64,000 bases of DNA, from the IMG/VR virus record IMGVR_UViG_3300042197_000370; one strand, 5' to 3'. The notes below the pieces were generated by a model. The model saw nothing but the letters and a program-made list of their open reading frames with translations, searched no databases and was not told where the DNA came from. A program made the position numbers and the translations under genes. Every line of letters starts with the position of its first letter. The stretch's first letter is position 1. The DNA is from a virus. This document shows, one piece after another, positions 17,874-27,165 of this stretch.

Positions 17874-18736
17874 TATGTGCCCCATTCATTTTTAAATAGT
17901 GGTACTTGAAGTCTATCACTATATCGCCAGCCACGTTGCATTGCGGCAAGTGCTACATTCTTTGCGTTTAGATTATAAACACTATCAACGCCACCAACAG
18001 GCATAATATAAGTATAGCCCCTAAACCCCGCTCTTCTAAACTCTTCTTCGGCTCTTTCTGCATCACGTATATCCTCTTCAGTTGCTACTACAAATTTTAA
18101 ATAGGCAGCACCATATTCTTCGTATTCACGTACAATCTGGGGATGTATAGCATCCTTCCAATCTTCTCCGCTTGCAGGGAGTTTAGCACTAACACTAAAT
18201 GTAATACTGCGAAAAAAATCTTGTGTATGATATCTCATCCACTTTTCTAAGTATCTCGCAAATTCTTTAGTAAGTTTTTGAGTACCATTAGTTTCAAATG
18301 TTATATGCTTTAAATCCTGCATCTTAGGATGCTCTAGTAACGCAGGATAACTTTTTTGCCATCCTAATAATGGCTCACCACCTGTAATGACTAAGTGTTC
18401 GTCCCGCCACTCTTTGTGTGGTAAGAGGTTGACGATTGCCTCTGCAATGCTTTCCGTTGTAAGTACCGGTGAAAGGTGCTTGAACCTAGGATCCCAACTA
18501 GCGTAAGAATCACAACCGGTACTAACAAGTGGAAGATCCCTATACTCTTTAAACCCTCTAGCATTGCTTGCAATAACGTTTCGCTCATTACTCTTTTCTC
18601 CTCGCTTCATTCCAAATCCGTCGCAAGTAAAATTGCAACCAAACGTTCTCAAAAAGACAGAGGGCACACCCATAAATCTGCCCTCTCCCTGTATACTATA
18701 AAATAATTCACTTACTTTTATATGTTCACCTAACAT
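17873..18736 (-). CDS. queE: 7-carboxy-7-deazaguanine synthase (radical SAM)
   Basis: ELFYSIQGEG, FLRTFGCNFTC...CD, VITGGEPLL, FETNGT, RLQVPLF. Confidence 0.92.
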   Translation of the reverse strand: MLGEHIKVSELFYSIQGEGRFMGVPSVFLRTFGCNFTCDGFGMKRGEKSNERNVIASNARGFKEYRDLPLVSTGCDSYASWDPRFKHLSPVLTTESIAEAIVNLLPHKEWRDEHLVITGGEPLLGWQKSYPALLEHPKMQDLKHITFETNGTQKLTKEFARYLEKWMRYHTQDFFRSITFSVSAKLPASGEDWKDAIHPQIVREYEEYGAAYLKFVVATEEDIRDAERAEEEFRRAGFRGYTYIMPVGGVDSVYNLNAKNVALAAMQRGWRYSDRLQVPLFKNEWGT

Positions 18737-18745
18737 AATATCCCT

Positions 18746-18937
18746 TTACCAATGATGTACTACATTTGCAATAATAAAACAACATGTTATCACATGTAGG
18801 AAAATCCAGAAAGTTTTTAGGAACAATGCGATTTTGGCTTCGTTGACTGTGAGAATAGGCACTCTAGGCCTATCCTCGTCTGTCTGTCCCATTAAGTGCC
18901 CGGTGGCCCGAGCCCAAATTTTTTCTAAACTGTTCAT
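18746..18937 (-). CDS. Small membrane protein
   Basis: 63 aa with C-terminal hydrophobic helix, coupled to queD. Confidence 0.7.
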   Translation of the reverse strand: MNSLEKIWARATGHLMGQTDEDRPRVPILTVNEAKIALFLKTFWIFLHVITCCFIIANVVHHW

Positions 18938-19461
18938 GCTTCGTATGTTGCAGAATTAGCATTATGCTCAAATACTTCTACAGAACGTAATTTTACACCT
19001 TGACCAGTTGGATACCTTGCTTCAAATACACGACCATCAGGGTGAGTCCAACTACGACCCTCTTTATATGCTTCAAGTATTTCGTTCATAGTCTTGTAGG
19101 CTAATTCAGCAAACTTTTCGCATCCCACTGCCTTTACTATGCGTAGGTCAATAAGCCCCATATTCTTGAAACCACCCTGCACACGATTTAGTTCTACAAA
19201 CGTTTGACGTTCAGGATCATCTTCAGCAATAATGGTAGTATGATCAAACATCCATTCACTCCATTCTTTAAATGCTTTGAGTCCACCGAAGTCCATGACC
19301 CAATTGCGGTCATCAAGTGTTTCACTTTCAAACACTAATTTGATTCCAATACTATAGCCATGTAGTAACGAACAATGGCTATGGATACTTTTCCACTGTC
19401 TAAAAACACATGAAAGTCCACGGTCGTTGCCGTAAGTTTTTGTTGATAAATATTTTGCCAT
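18934..19461 (-). CDS. queD: 6-carboxy-5,6,7,8-tetrahydropterin synthase (QueD/PTPS T-fold)
   Basis: HCSLLHGYS, WVMDFGGLK, FDHT, EVFE motifs; adjacent to queE. Confidence 0.9.
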   Translation of the reverse strand: MAKYLSTKTYGNDRGLSCVFRQWKSIHSHCSLLHGYSIGIKLVFESETLDDRNWVMDFGGLKAFKEWSEWMFDHTTIIAEDDPERQTFVELNRVQGGFKNMGLIDLRIVKAVGCEKFAELAYKTMNEILEAYKEGRSWTHPDGRVFEARYPTGQGVKLRSVEVFEHNANSATYEA

Positions 19462-19493
19462 CTCTAGTCTCCTTTACTAATGAGCAAGTTTGA

Positions 19494-19534
19494 TGGCGGC
19501 AGAGTTTATTAATCGGGGTGACGCCAAGACCGAT
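19494..19534 (-). ncRNA. Candidate cis-regulatory H-type pseudoknot (preQ1-I-like) in the queD leader
   Basis: AUCGG/CCGAU stem, loop UCUUGGCGUCACC, A-rich tail UAAUAAAC, loop UGGCG complementary to downstream CGCCA. Confidence 0.45.
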
Positions 19535-19535
19535 A

Positions 19536-20222
19536 TCATTTTTCTAAAATAAATCTAATTGTTCCGTTGATATGACCTTGAATAGGAAATTCATATCCTA
19601 GTCTATCAAATGGGCAATCAAATAAAACTAACTTATAAGGTAATTTTACAATCATTTCTTTTGTAAGGTCAACTAAATTTCTTGCAGGTGGTGCTTTTGC
19701 AAGTTTAGACGTTATGTAATGAGATTCTATCATACCCGTACTTAACGTAAATAAAAATCTACCACCCGGCTTAATTATTCGCATAGCCTGAACAATATTA
19801 TTTTCCACTTCGGTTAACTTACCGAAGTGCAAACTGTTTATAGCCATGCCACAATCATACTCTTCTATATGAGCATCTGCAAACTTTTCGGAGAAATCCA
19901 TATGTAAATCTGCATGCTCACCTGATGCATATCCACCCGGTTCAAGTGATGTTATATTAGGAAACCAGCGTTTCCAAAAACATTCTCCCGCACCTACATC
20001 AATAACACTTTTAGGGTTGTTATCGTATAGCCAACTAATGTAATAGAATATCTCTTTAAAGCCTATTTTATATTCATAGTGCCCTCGAGGAGATACTTTA
20101 TTTTGTACAACTTCATCTTTGACGAATAACTCGTAATGTTCTTCAAGTTCCTTTTCTAGGTTAGGGAAATTTCTAATTTCATGATTACGATTATACTCGT
20201 TTATATTAATATTTTCTATCAT
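19536..20222 (-). CDS. Class I SAM-dependent methyltransferase
   Basis: VIDVGAGE motif I and IIKPGGRFLF. Confidence 0.8.
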   Translation of the reverse strand: MIENININEYNRNHEIRNFPNLEKELEEHYELFVKDEVVQNKVSPRGHYEYKIGFKEIFYYISWLYDNNPKSVIDVGAGECFWKRWFPNITSLEPGGYASGEHADLHMDFSEKFADAHIEEYDCGMAINSLHFGKLTEVENNIVQAMRIIKPGGRFLFTLSTGMIESHYITSKLAKAPPARNLVDLTKEMIVKLPYKLVLFDCPFDRLGYEFPIQGHINGTIRFILEK

Positions 20223-20410
20223 ACTAAATCCATAAACATTTTCTTTCTACCTTCAACACCTAATTGAGTATCAAAGATTTCACGAACACGTTGTAACATA
20301 GCACAAGCCAACATCAACTCGTCTTGCCTGTCATTACACATAAAAAGTTGTTGATTAATGGGAGCCATCATTTCACTCATGCGATTTTCGATTTCTTCAC
20401 TGTTTATCAT
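20219..20410 (-). CDS. Hypothetical protein
   Basis: 63 aa ORF with GAGGA SD. Confidence 0.7.
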   Translation of the reverse strand: MINSEEIENRMSEMMAPINQQLFMCNDRQDELMLACAMLQRVREIFDTQLGVEGRKKMFMDLV

Positions 20411-20417
20411 AATATCC

Positions 20418-20891
20418 TCATTGATTTAACTTATTGATAATTTGTGCTTCTGCTACACGCTTTCGCAAACTACTAGAACTAAAACTATGATCACGGCCAT
20501 TGAATACTATCTCAATACCACGATCAATACATTCTTCACGCCCCGTAAAGTCTTTCTCTGCATATTCTACACCTAGTATACGCACATCTACAGGTAGAAT
20601 TAATAGTAAGTCAATCAAGTCTTGTTCAGTTTGATAAACAACAACCTCATCTACAAAACGACATGCGCTAAGTTGAATTTGACGTTCAACGATACTTTGT
20701 ACAGGATGATTCTTTGTATCGGGTCTATCGATAGTAGGATCAGTTTGTAATCCTGCAATCAAATAATCACAATGGTTCTTTGCTTCACTAAGCATAGCAA
20801 TGTGACCTGCATGCAACAAATCAAAGGTACTAAAGGTAATACCAATTTTAAGACCTTGAGCCTTTAATTCTTTAATCTTATTGAATATCAT
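20418..20891 (-). CDS. Cytidylyltransferase (TagD/glycerol-3-phosphate CT-like)
   Basis: FDLLHAGH HIGH motif, RDHSFSSSSLRKR; restarted at MIFNK (ATGA overlap). Confidence 0.88.
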   Translation of the reverse strand: MIFNKIKELKAQGLKIGITFSTFDLLHAGHIAMLSEAKNHCDYLIAGLQTDPTIDRPDTKNHPVQSIVERQIQLSACRFVDEVVVYQTEQDLIDLLLILPVDVRILGVEYAEKDFTGREECIDRGIEIVFNGRDHSFSSSSLRKRVAEAQIINKLNQ

Positions 20892-21124
20892 CTTTGTAAT
20901 GTTTTCCACATGACAGTTTGTTCATGTTCTTTTAAGAACTCCTCTTCTCCTGAAAAGGACCCACTATCTTTAAGAATAGCATCAACAAGCCATTTAATCT
21001 TATACAAGTCTTGTTTGATAGCCCATTGAGTATATCCGTCATTATAAGGACTGTGTAATTCTACACCTGCCATATAGACTTGATGATGAACACTATTATA
21101 ATCCATTGGTTTACGAAATCCCAT
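20888..21124 (-). CDS. Hypothetical protein
   Basis: 78 aa ORF coupled on both sides. Confidence 0.7.
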   Translation of the reverse strand: MGFRKPMDYNSVHHQVYMAGVELHSPYNDGYTQWAIKQDLYKIKWLVDAILKDSGSFSGEEEFLKEHEQTVMWKTLQR

Positions 21125-21291
21125 TATACTAATTCCTCTACAATACCTAATACTTCTGCTAGAATAAACAGTGCACCGGCTGGTACTAGCAATCCGTAGA
21201 TTAGCGTAATACCTGCCCCGATTCTAAATCCGCTCTTGACAAGGCTAACATAAAAATGTCCCTTGCTTGTATCTTTAGGTTGAACTTCCAT
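21124..21291 (-). CDS. Small membrane protein (55 aa), not in ORF track
   Basis: MEVQPKDTSKGHFYVSLVKSGFRIGAG...LGIVEELV; TAATG overlaps at both ends. Confidence 0.7.
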   Translation of the reverse strand: MEVQPKDTSKGHFYVSLVKSGFRIGAGITLIYGLLVPAGALFILAEVLGIVEELV

Positions 21292-21452
21292 TACTTACTC
21301 CATTTATCGTCCATATAACCACATGTGCAAGTACCTACCATATTACAATCATTGTTGCACTTTGAATGTCTAGGGGTAAACCTAATCAGTAGGTACAGTA
21401 TTATGCCGATGAGAATCAACGCCATAATTTTAAAAAACAACACGACGGTCAT
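21291..21452 (-). CDS. Small membrane-anchored Cys-rich protein (53 aa), not in ORF track
   Basis: TM helix then CNNDCNMVGTCTC; ATGA overlap with folE, TAATG with the next gene. Confidence 0.65.
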   Translation of the reverse strand: MTVVLFFKIMALILIGIILYLLIRFTPRHSKCNNDCNMVGTCTCGYMDDKWSK

Positions 21453-22129
21453 TTACAAGCCTGTCTTGCTATCTGATAGAATTCGTTGCGTACAGCAGGA
21501 TCATTTTTGAATCCACCACCTAGACGGCTAGTGACTGTGCTACTTCCAGTATCTTCAACACCACGTGACTTCACGCAATAATGCTGTGCATCGATCATTA
21601 CGGCAACGTCTTCTGTACCGAGAATGAACTGCAATGTGTGGAAGATTTGTTCTGTGAGTCTTTCTTGGATTTGTGGTCGCTTGCTGAAGTATTCAACGAT
21701 ACGATTGATCTTGCTGAGTCCAAGCACTCTATCCTTAGGTACATATGCAACAGTAGCGGTACCATCAATGATAACAAAGTGATGCTCACAATTACTTTGA
21801 ACATTGACATTCCTTTCAACGACCATCTCGTTATAACTCATCTTGTTATCTACAGTAGTGCATTTTGGGAATGCATCATAATCTAGACCCCAAAAGATTT
21901 CATTAACATACATCTTAGCAACACGTTTAGGTGTTTCGATAAGACTATCATCAGTTAAGTCTAGTCCTAAGGCTCTCATGATCTCAGCAAAGTTACCTTC
22001 GATGATATCAATCTGTTCCTTACGGTCTAGATTACGTTTTTTGATTGGGGTTTCAACACCTACTTTAACTAAGTGTTCGTGAACTTGGCGTCCCAATTCG
22101 GGATCGGTTTTAGTTTTGTTATATGACAT
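21449..22129 (-). CDS. folE: GTP cyclohydrolase I
   Basis: TPKRVAKMY, SNCEHH, GLSKINRIV, RPQIQERLT, HYCVKSRG. Confidence 0.95.
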   Translation of the reverse strand: MSYNKTKTDPELGRQVHEHLVKVGVETPIKKRNLDRKEQIDIIEGNFAEIMRALGLDLTDDSLIETPKRVAKMYVNEIFWGLDYDAFPKCTTVDNKMSYNEMVVERNVNVQSNCEHHFVIIDGTATVAYVPKDRVLGLSKINRIVEYFSKRPQIQERLTEQIFHTLQFILGTEDVAVMIDAQHYCVKSRGVEDTGSSTVTSRLGGGFKNDPAVRNEFYQIARQACK

Positions 22130-22196
22130 ATGAATCCTTCCTTACGCGGATATGAGTTTTGAAAATGTGCTACCGTTGTGTAGCACATGTATTTAT
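22130..22196 (-). promoter_or_regulatory. folE leader: late promoter, 9-bp hairpin with U tract, and SD-containing hairpin
   Basis: ATAAATA 22196-22190; ATGTGCTAC/GTAGCACAT stem 22188-22165; ATCC...GGAT around the AAGGAAGG SD. Confidence 0.5.
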
Positions 22197-22381
22197 GCCT
22201 TTGCTTCCTTACGTGCATTTTTTGTTTCAGTGATTTCGTTACGGCGAGCCTTAACTGCCTTGGCTAATTCACCCAATGCCTTACGGGCACGTGTCCCGGC
22301 TGCATTGTTACCCTTTTCAAACTTTTCATGTTCTACTAAGTATGCTTCCAAATGTGTGTTAATATCATTATGTGCGCTCAT
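22193..22381 (-). CDS. Histone H1-like (Hc1-type) small DNA-binding protein
   Basis: EKFEKGNNAAGTRARKAL motif, basic helical protein. Confidence 0.75.
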   Translation of the reverse strand: MSAHNDINTHLEAYLVEHEKFEKGNNAAGTRARKALGELAKAVKARRNEITETKNARKEAKA

Positions 22382-22644
22382 GTTTTCTCCTTTGATTTAC
22401 GCTTAGTTTTTGGCTTTTCGGCCTTTTCAATAACTGCACCTTCATAACCTGGATGATACGGTGCCTCATCGACCAGTTTCTTTTGATCATATTCACGTAA
22501 TGCTTGACTAACATCACGTTTCAATGCTTCCCAATCTGTGTAAAACTCTACACTGCCATCTTCATATTCTTTTCGTGTGCTATGGCTACCTATTGTTACT
22601 TTGGGCCATTCATTTACGGGTTGTTTATTTCGCTTTGTTGCCAT
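22378..22644 (-). CDS. Hypothetical protein
   Basis: 88 aa ORF in operon. Confidence 0.7.
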   Translation of the reverse strand: MATKRNKQPVNEWPKVTIGSHSTRKEYEDGSVEFYTDWEALKRDVSQALREYDQKKLVDEAPYHPGYEGAVIEKAEKPKTKRKSKEKT

Positions 22645-23399
22645 AATTTTTTCCTTATTAAAAACGGTATAATAACTTGTTCAGTATATATCTTGTGTTG
22701 TGCAGATCCAGGATGAGGATCGTTTTCTACTGGAAAGGGTAAGCCTGAATATTTAATAATCCATGATTGACAATCTTCAGCATCTATCCAATTATCAAAA
22801 TCAATTAAATCATATAGATATTTTACATCAGGATGATCGACTACATCAATGTGTTGGTCTGTATTTTTTGGATACCTTGTTTTGATATTTTTATTAAAAA
22901 CATCACTGAAGTACTCTGTCATAAAATACGGGACTCCGTGACTCTTTAAAAACCACTGTACGTTTAATATGTGTTCAATGGTTGATATAACTGATCCTAC
23001 ATGGTCGTAAAAATTATTATAAAAACTACTTGACAATGGATCGTCCCAATGGTCATTTACCAAGTAATAATTTGAATCGCTTACGATTCTAAGAGGATTA
23101 CTATCATTATCTCTATAACCCATTTTATGAAATTTGCCAGGATCACGGTCAAAGTAGTATTCATCTCTATGACACCCGGACCACATAATACCAACTAATA
23201 TATCTTTTGGATTGTAGTTCTTTAATGTTTCTAGTGTGTTAAAAATGGTTTTCTTGCTTATAATTCCATTGCTACCTGCACCATGGCCCAAATATAAAGC
23301 CTCAATACCCATAGCCCTACTTAAATGATAAGGCCATGTTTTGTGACCACTCGGAAATTGTGTGAAACTACATCCAGCAGATATAAGCAATTTTGTCAT
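22614..23399 (-). CDS. SGNH-like protein
   Basis: [17 protein letters not shown]-terminal DPHP motifs. Confidence 0.6.
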   Translation of the reverse strand: MTKLLISAGCSFTQFPSGHKTWPYHLSRAMGIEALYLGHGAGSNGIISKKTIFNTLETLKNYNPKDILVGIMWSGCHRDEYYFDRDPGKFHKMGYRDNDSNPLRIVSDSNYYLVNDHWDDPLSSSFYNNFYDHVGSVISTIEHILNVQWFLKSHGVPYFMTEYFSDVFNKNIKTRYPKNTDQHIDVVDHPDVKYLYDLIDFDNWIDAEDCQSWIIKYSGLPFPVENDPHPGSAQHKIYTEQVIIPFLIRKKLWQQSEINNP

Positions 23400-24424
23400 T
23401 TAGCAAATATATTATTGTATTGTTTATTAACTCGTATAAATGTTGTACACTTACTTAACTGTTTTAAAGTAGATGCACCAACATAACTGCAAGTACTACG
23501 TATTCCACCTAACAAATCTAATACTGTATTGTTTATAGGTCCGCGATACGGAACCTCAACAGTTCTGCCCTCGCTACTACGATAGTTTGCTACCCCACCG
23601 TGATGCTTATTCATTGCAGTATCACTACTCATACCATAGAACGTTACCTTGCCATTTTCAACATGACCGCCACCTTCGTCATGACCGGCTAACATGCCAC
23701 CAAGCATCACGAAGTCAGCACCCGCACCGAAAGCCTTACTAACATCACCAGGACAAGTACATCCACCATCAGCAATAATATGACCGCCAAGACCGTGAGC
23801 GGCATCGGCGCATTCAATAATTGCACTAAGTTGAGGGTACCCCACACCAGTTTGAATGCGAGTAGTACAAACGCTCCCAGGCCCAATCCCCACTTTAACA
23901 ATGTCGGCTCCACGTAAAATTAACTCCTGTGTCATATCTGCGGTAACAACGTTACCTGCAATAATTGTATGCGTAGGATATTTATCACGAACCTTACTTA
24001 CAAAGTCACAAAAATGTTCGCTGTATCCATTAGCAATATCAATACAAATGAAATGAATTTCAGGATATACGTTTAACGTTTGTTGCAGGTTAGTCCAGTC
24101 TTTATCACTAGTTCCTGTACTAACTGCAAAGTAGTTGCCACCAATATCTTCTACAGTGGTATCCATGTATTCCATGTATTCCATACCGATATTTTTAACT
24201 AGGCACGTAAACATTTTATGCCGGTATAATGCATGTGCCATTTCTAGTGTACCAACACCGTCCATGTTAGCAGCCATGATGGGAACACCGGTCCATTCAA
24301 ATCCGCTGTGTTTGAACTTGAATGTTCGTTCTAGGTTTACTTCTTTTCTGCTAGAAATTGTACTGCGCTTAGGGCGAATCAATACGTCACTAAAATCTAA
24401 CTTAACTTCGTTTTCGATTCTCAT
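23396..24424 (-). CDS. guaC: GMP reductase
   Basis: [40 protein letters not shown]. Confidence 0.95.
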   Translation of the reverse strand: MRIENEVKLDFSDVLIRPKRSTISSRKEVNLERTFKFKHSGFEWTGVPIMAANMDGVGTLEMAHALYRHKMFTCLVKNIGMEYMEYMDTTVEDIGGNYFAVSTGTSDKDWTNLQQTLNVYPEIHFICIDIANGYSEHFCDFVSKVRDKYPTHTIIAGNVVTADMTQELILRGADIVKVGIGPGSVCTTRIQTGVGYPQLSAIIECADAAHGLGGHIIADGGCTCPGDVSKAFGAGADFVMLGGMLAGHDEGGGHVENGKVTFYGMSSDTAMNKHHGGVANYRSSEGRTVEVPYRGPINNTVLDLLGGIRSTCSYVGASTLKQLSKCTTFIRVNKQYNNIFAK

Positions 24425-24426
24425 TT

Positions 24427-25614
24427 TTATTCGTATTTGCTTTCTCTTGTATACTTGCGATAGTCTTTAGACATACGCAACCATTGCTGACCGCGACCTT
24501 CAAGAATATCACAGATTCTATCAATAGTGCCATCAGTCCAATCGCTAATCTTGCCTTGCTTAGGATGAGGTTGAATCAATAACTTATGCAACTTTTCTAA
24601 TGCATCATCCATACTCCATGGCACATACAAACGTTCATAGTCATTAGCAAATGTTTCAGGGAAACTACGATACGCAGGATACAATACATTGCATCCTAAT
24701 GCATCTGCCTCACTTACTGTATTGCTTACCCAGTCTTGTAATGCACAGTTGAACAATACACGTGTATCGTTAAGCAACAGATAATAGATAGTCTTATCTA
24801 AATCTTCATAAACTTTTAGTTTACCTTCTTCACGCATTTTATTAGTGCGTTGCATATAACTGCTATTGTTACTGCGTAGTTTACTACCGCTAAACACAGC
24901 AAATTCTACGTTGTTCCCATAACGATTGTGCCACTCATCGATCAAGTCCAAATAGAAGTCAGGTTGCTTTTCTTGATCCCAACGTGCGGCAAAGCCTACA
25001 CGCATATGACGTTCTTCAAATGGCTTGAGATTTTGGCCTGCATCTAATACTCTGCGTCTTACTTCTTCCTTACCGAATGCAAGACCACTGATATTATAGA
25101 TAGGGGCAGTCCAGCCTGCAACTCGCATATGCATAACCATTTCTTCATTGCTGGCTAACACACCATCTACGAATTCGTTAACCATCTTTTCATATTTCTG
25201 CATCCATTTCGACATGCCCCATACATGTACGAAATCATCAGGATCAATGGATTGAGCAAGACAACGGACAAAAATGCGAGGACGGTGAGCATCATCGACT
25301 TGATCAAGAATATAAGGTAGGCTCTCGATACCGGGCTGAAACATGTCCTCAAAGTAGATAACATCTTCATTTGTTACTAATCCTTCTTTCATCATTTTAA
25401 CAAGATTCATCAATTGACTCATGCCGTAATATGTACGACCATGCGCATCCAGTACTTGACCAGTTACAATCTGCTGATCACTAGATAGTGTTTCACCTGG
25501 GACAACAACGTACTTAATACTGCGCCGGTCAAAAACTGTTGTGTTCCAATCTGTTAATTGTAGTGTGTATCGTGCCTTGTATGGCTCCAAACCCATATAA
25601 AATAATTTTTTCAT
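24427..25614 (-). CDS. GT-B glycosyltransferase, possibly DNA-modifying
   Basis: [32 protein letters not shown] two-Rossmann pattern. Confidence 0.75.
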   Translation of the reverse strand: MKKLFYMGLEPYKARYTLQLTDWNTTVFDRRSIKYVVVPGETLSSDQQIVTGQVLDAHGRTYYGMSQLMNLVKMMKEGLVTNEDVIYFEDMFQPGIESLPYILDQVDDAHRPRIFVRCLAQSIDPDDFVHVWGMSKWMQKYEKMVNEFVDGVLASNEEMVMHMRVAGWTAPIYNISGLAFGKEEVRRRVLDAGQNLKPFEERHMRVGFAARWDQEKQPDFYLDLIDEWHNRYGNNVEFAVFSGSKLRSNNSSYMQRTNKMREEGKLKVYEDLDKTIYYLLLNDTRVLFNCALQDWVSNTVSEADALGCNVLYPAYRSFPETFANDYERLYVPWSMDDALEKLHKLLIQPHPKQGKISDWTDGTIDRICDILEGRGQQWLRMSKDYRKYTRESKYE

Positions 25615-26390
25615 TATGCTACTCCGTATGTTTGTTTTAATGTGTCTTTAATCAATGTGTAATCCTCAATTGAAAGTTTACTACCTTTAAGGATACTATT
25701 CAAGTAGTGACTATCCCATGGATAGTTTGGGTAACTTGAATTAGTTATCCAATCAATACATTCTTTCTTAGCCCTAATATGGCAATTATACCAAGTACTA
25801 TGTACGTCTTTAGCGAATTCATATTCGTTTGATATATTGAAAAAGTTTACCATATTCTCGTAAAAGTCTTTATCTAGTACTTCATTATACAATGTTTCAC
25901 TATAACAAGTCAATATTTTATGACCCTCTTTTGGAATAAATGATCCATTGTTACTATCCATACCGTCTAGAAATGTTACAACACTATTTAGGCCGTCAAA
26001 CTTGTTTTCTTGTTTTAATTCTAAGATGTAATGTGGGTGAAGTTTCATAAACTTTTCAGTGCAGAATTTACCCGTAGACCTTAATAATATGGTCTTGTCA
26101 ACATCATACAATGAATTCTTATGCTTGTCCATAACTTGTGCAACCATGATAACTGTTTCTAATTGATCTTTTAGCATCAACTCGTAACGTATCCAATTAT
26201 AAAAATTTCTATTATCTGGGTATATAAATTTCTTAATAAATTCTACTTTACCCAATGTGTCGATTGGGTACGCACTATTTCGTATTACAAATCCTTTTGT
26301 GTTGATTTGTCCGTTATATTCATTAGACAATAACATTAACCAACGAACGTGATTGCTGAATCCACCATTAATAGCACATACACTATGCAT
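25614..26390 (-). CDS. Tandem paralog 3 (HSxCA..GxFxNHxRWL family)
   Basis: Shares N-terminal motif and NFYNWIRYE/YDxIVxFxxI..EYE blocks with neighbours. Confidence 0.8.
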   Translation of the reverse strand: MHSVCAINGGFSNHVRWLMLLSNEYNGQINTKGFVIRNSAYPIDTLGKVEFIKKFIYPDNRNFYNWIRYELMLKDQLETVIMVAQVMDKHKNSLYDVDKTILLRSTGKFCTEKFMKLHPHYILELKQENKFDGLNSVVTFLDGMDSNNGSFIPKEGHKILTCYSETLYNEVLDKDFYENMVNFFNISNEYEFAKDVHSTWYNCHIRAKKECIDWITNSSYPNYPWDSHYLNSILKGSKLSIEDYTLIKDTLKQTYGVA

Positions 26391-27165
26391 CTTCTAGTCC
26401 GTATATTTTCTTTGCATATTTCTTAATCATGTTGTAATCTTCTATTGGCATATTTTTGCCTTGTAATACATAATTAAAATAATGACTGTCCCAAGGGAAA
26501 TCGGGATATTCTGAGTTTAATAACCATTCAATACAATCGGATTTCGCTTGCTGATGTAAGTTATACCATATTGTATGAATTTGTTGCGCTTGTTCATACT
26601 CATTTGATATTTCTAAGAAATCTACTATATCATCGTAATATTCTTTATTTAATATTGGATCATAAAATGCTTCACTGCGACAACTAAAAATCCTGTGGTT
26701 ATCTTTGGGAATGTAGAGGCTGTTTTTTTCATCCGCACTTTTAAAAAAATTGTACATTGTTTCATCAGTGGATATGTTATGCTTTCTATTGTCTAGTATA
26801 AAAAAAGGATGCAATTTAACATATTTTTCTACACAGAACATGTGTTCGGATCTTAATAGGATCGTTTTAGTTATAGTTAAGTTTGGATCATTAAATTTCG
26901 TCATATGATGAGAACATAAAACAACGGTATCTAGTTTGTCTCTCAGTAATGATTCATAACGTAACCAGTTATAAAATTTTCTAGTATTAGGATATACATG
27001 TTCATGTATGAATTCTACTTTCTCAGAAGGATTAGTGGGGAAGTATTTACCACTTATAATAAATCCTTTGCTGTTAAGTCTATGGTCATTGTATTCATCT
27101 GACATTAGCATTAACCACCTCATGTGGTTAGAAAATGCTCCGGGTACAGCACATACACTATGCAT
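26383..27165 (-). CDS. Tandem paralog 2 (HSxCA..GxFxNHxRWL family)
   Basis: Restarted at MHSVCAVPG by alignment to the paralogs. Confidence 0.8.
   Translation of the reverse strand: MHSVCAVPGAFSNHMRWLMLMSDEYNDHRLNSKGFIISGKYFPTNPSEKVEFIHEHVYPNTRKFYNWLRYESLLRDKLDTVVLCSHHMTKFNDPNLTITKTILLRSEHMFCVEKYVKLHPFFILDNRKHNISTDETMYNFFKSADEKNSLYIPKDNHRIFSCRSEAFYDPILNKEYYDDIVDFLEISNEYEQAQQIHTIWYNLHQQAKSDCIEWLLNSEYPDFPWDSHYFNYVLQGKNMPIEDYNMIKKYAKKIYGLEDA

Noticed and set aside
19494-19538. Pseudoknot as a stop-codon readthrough signal for the methyltransferase
   Set aside because: The frame after UGA closes at UAA nine codons later, so no fusion to queD would result.
21291-21452. Suspected frameshift in the Cys-rich small ORF
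   Set aside because: On re-reading, the frame is continuous (54 codons) and coupled at both ends.
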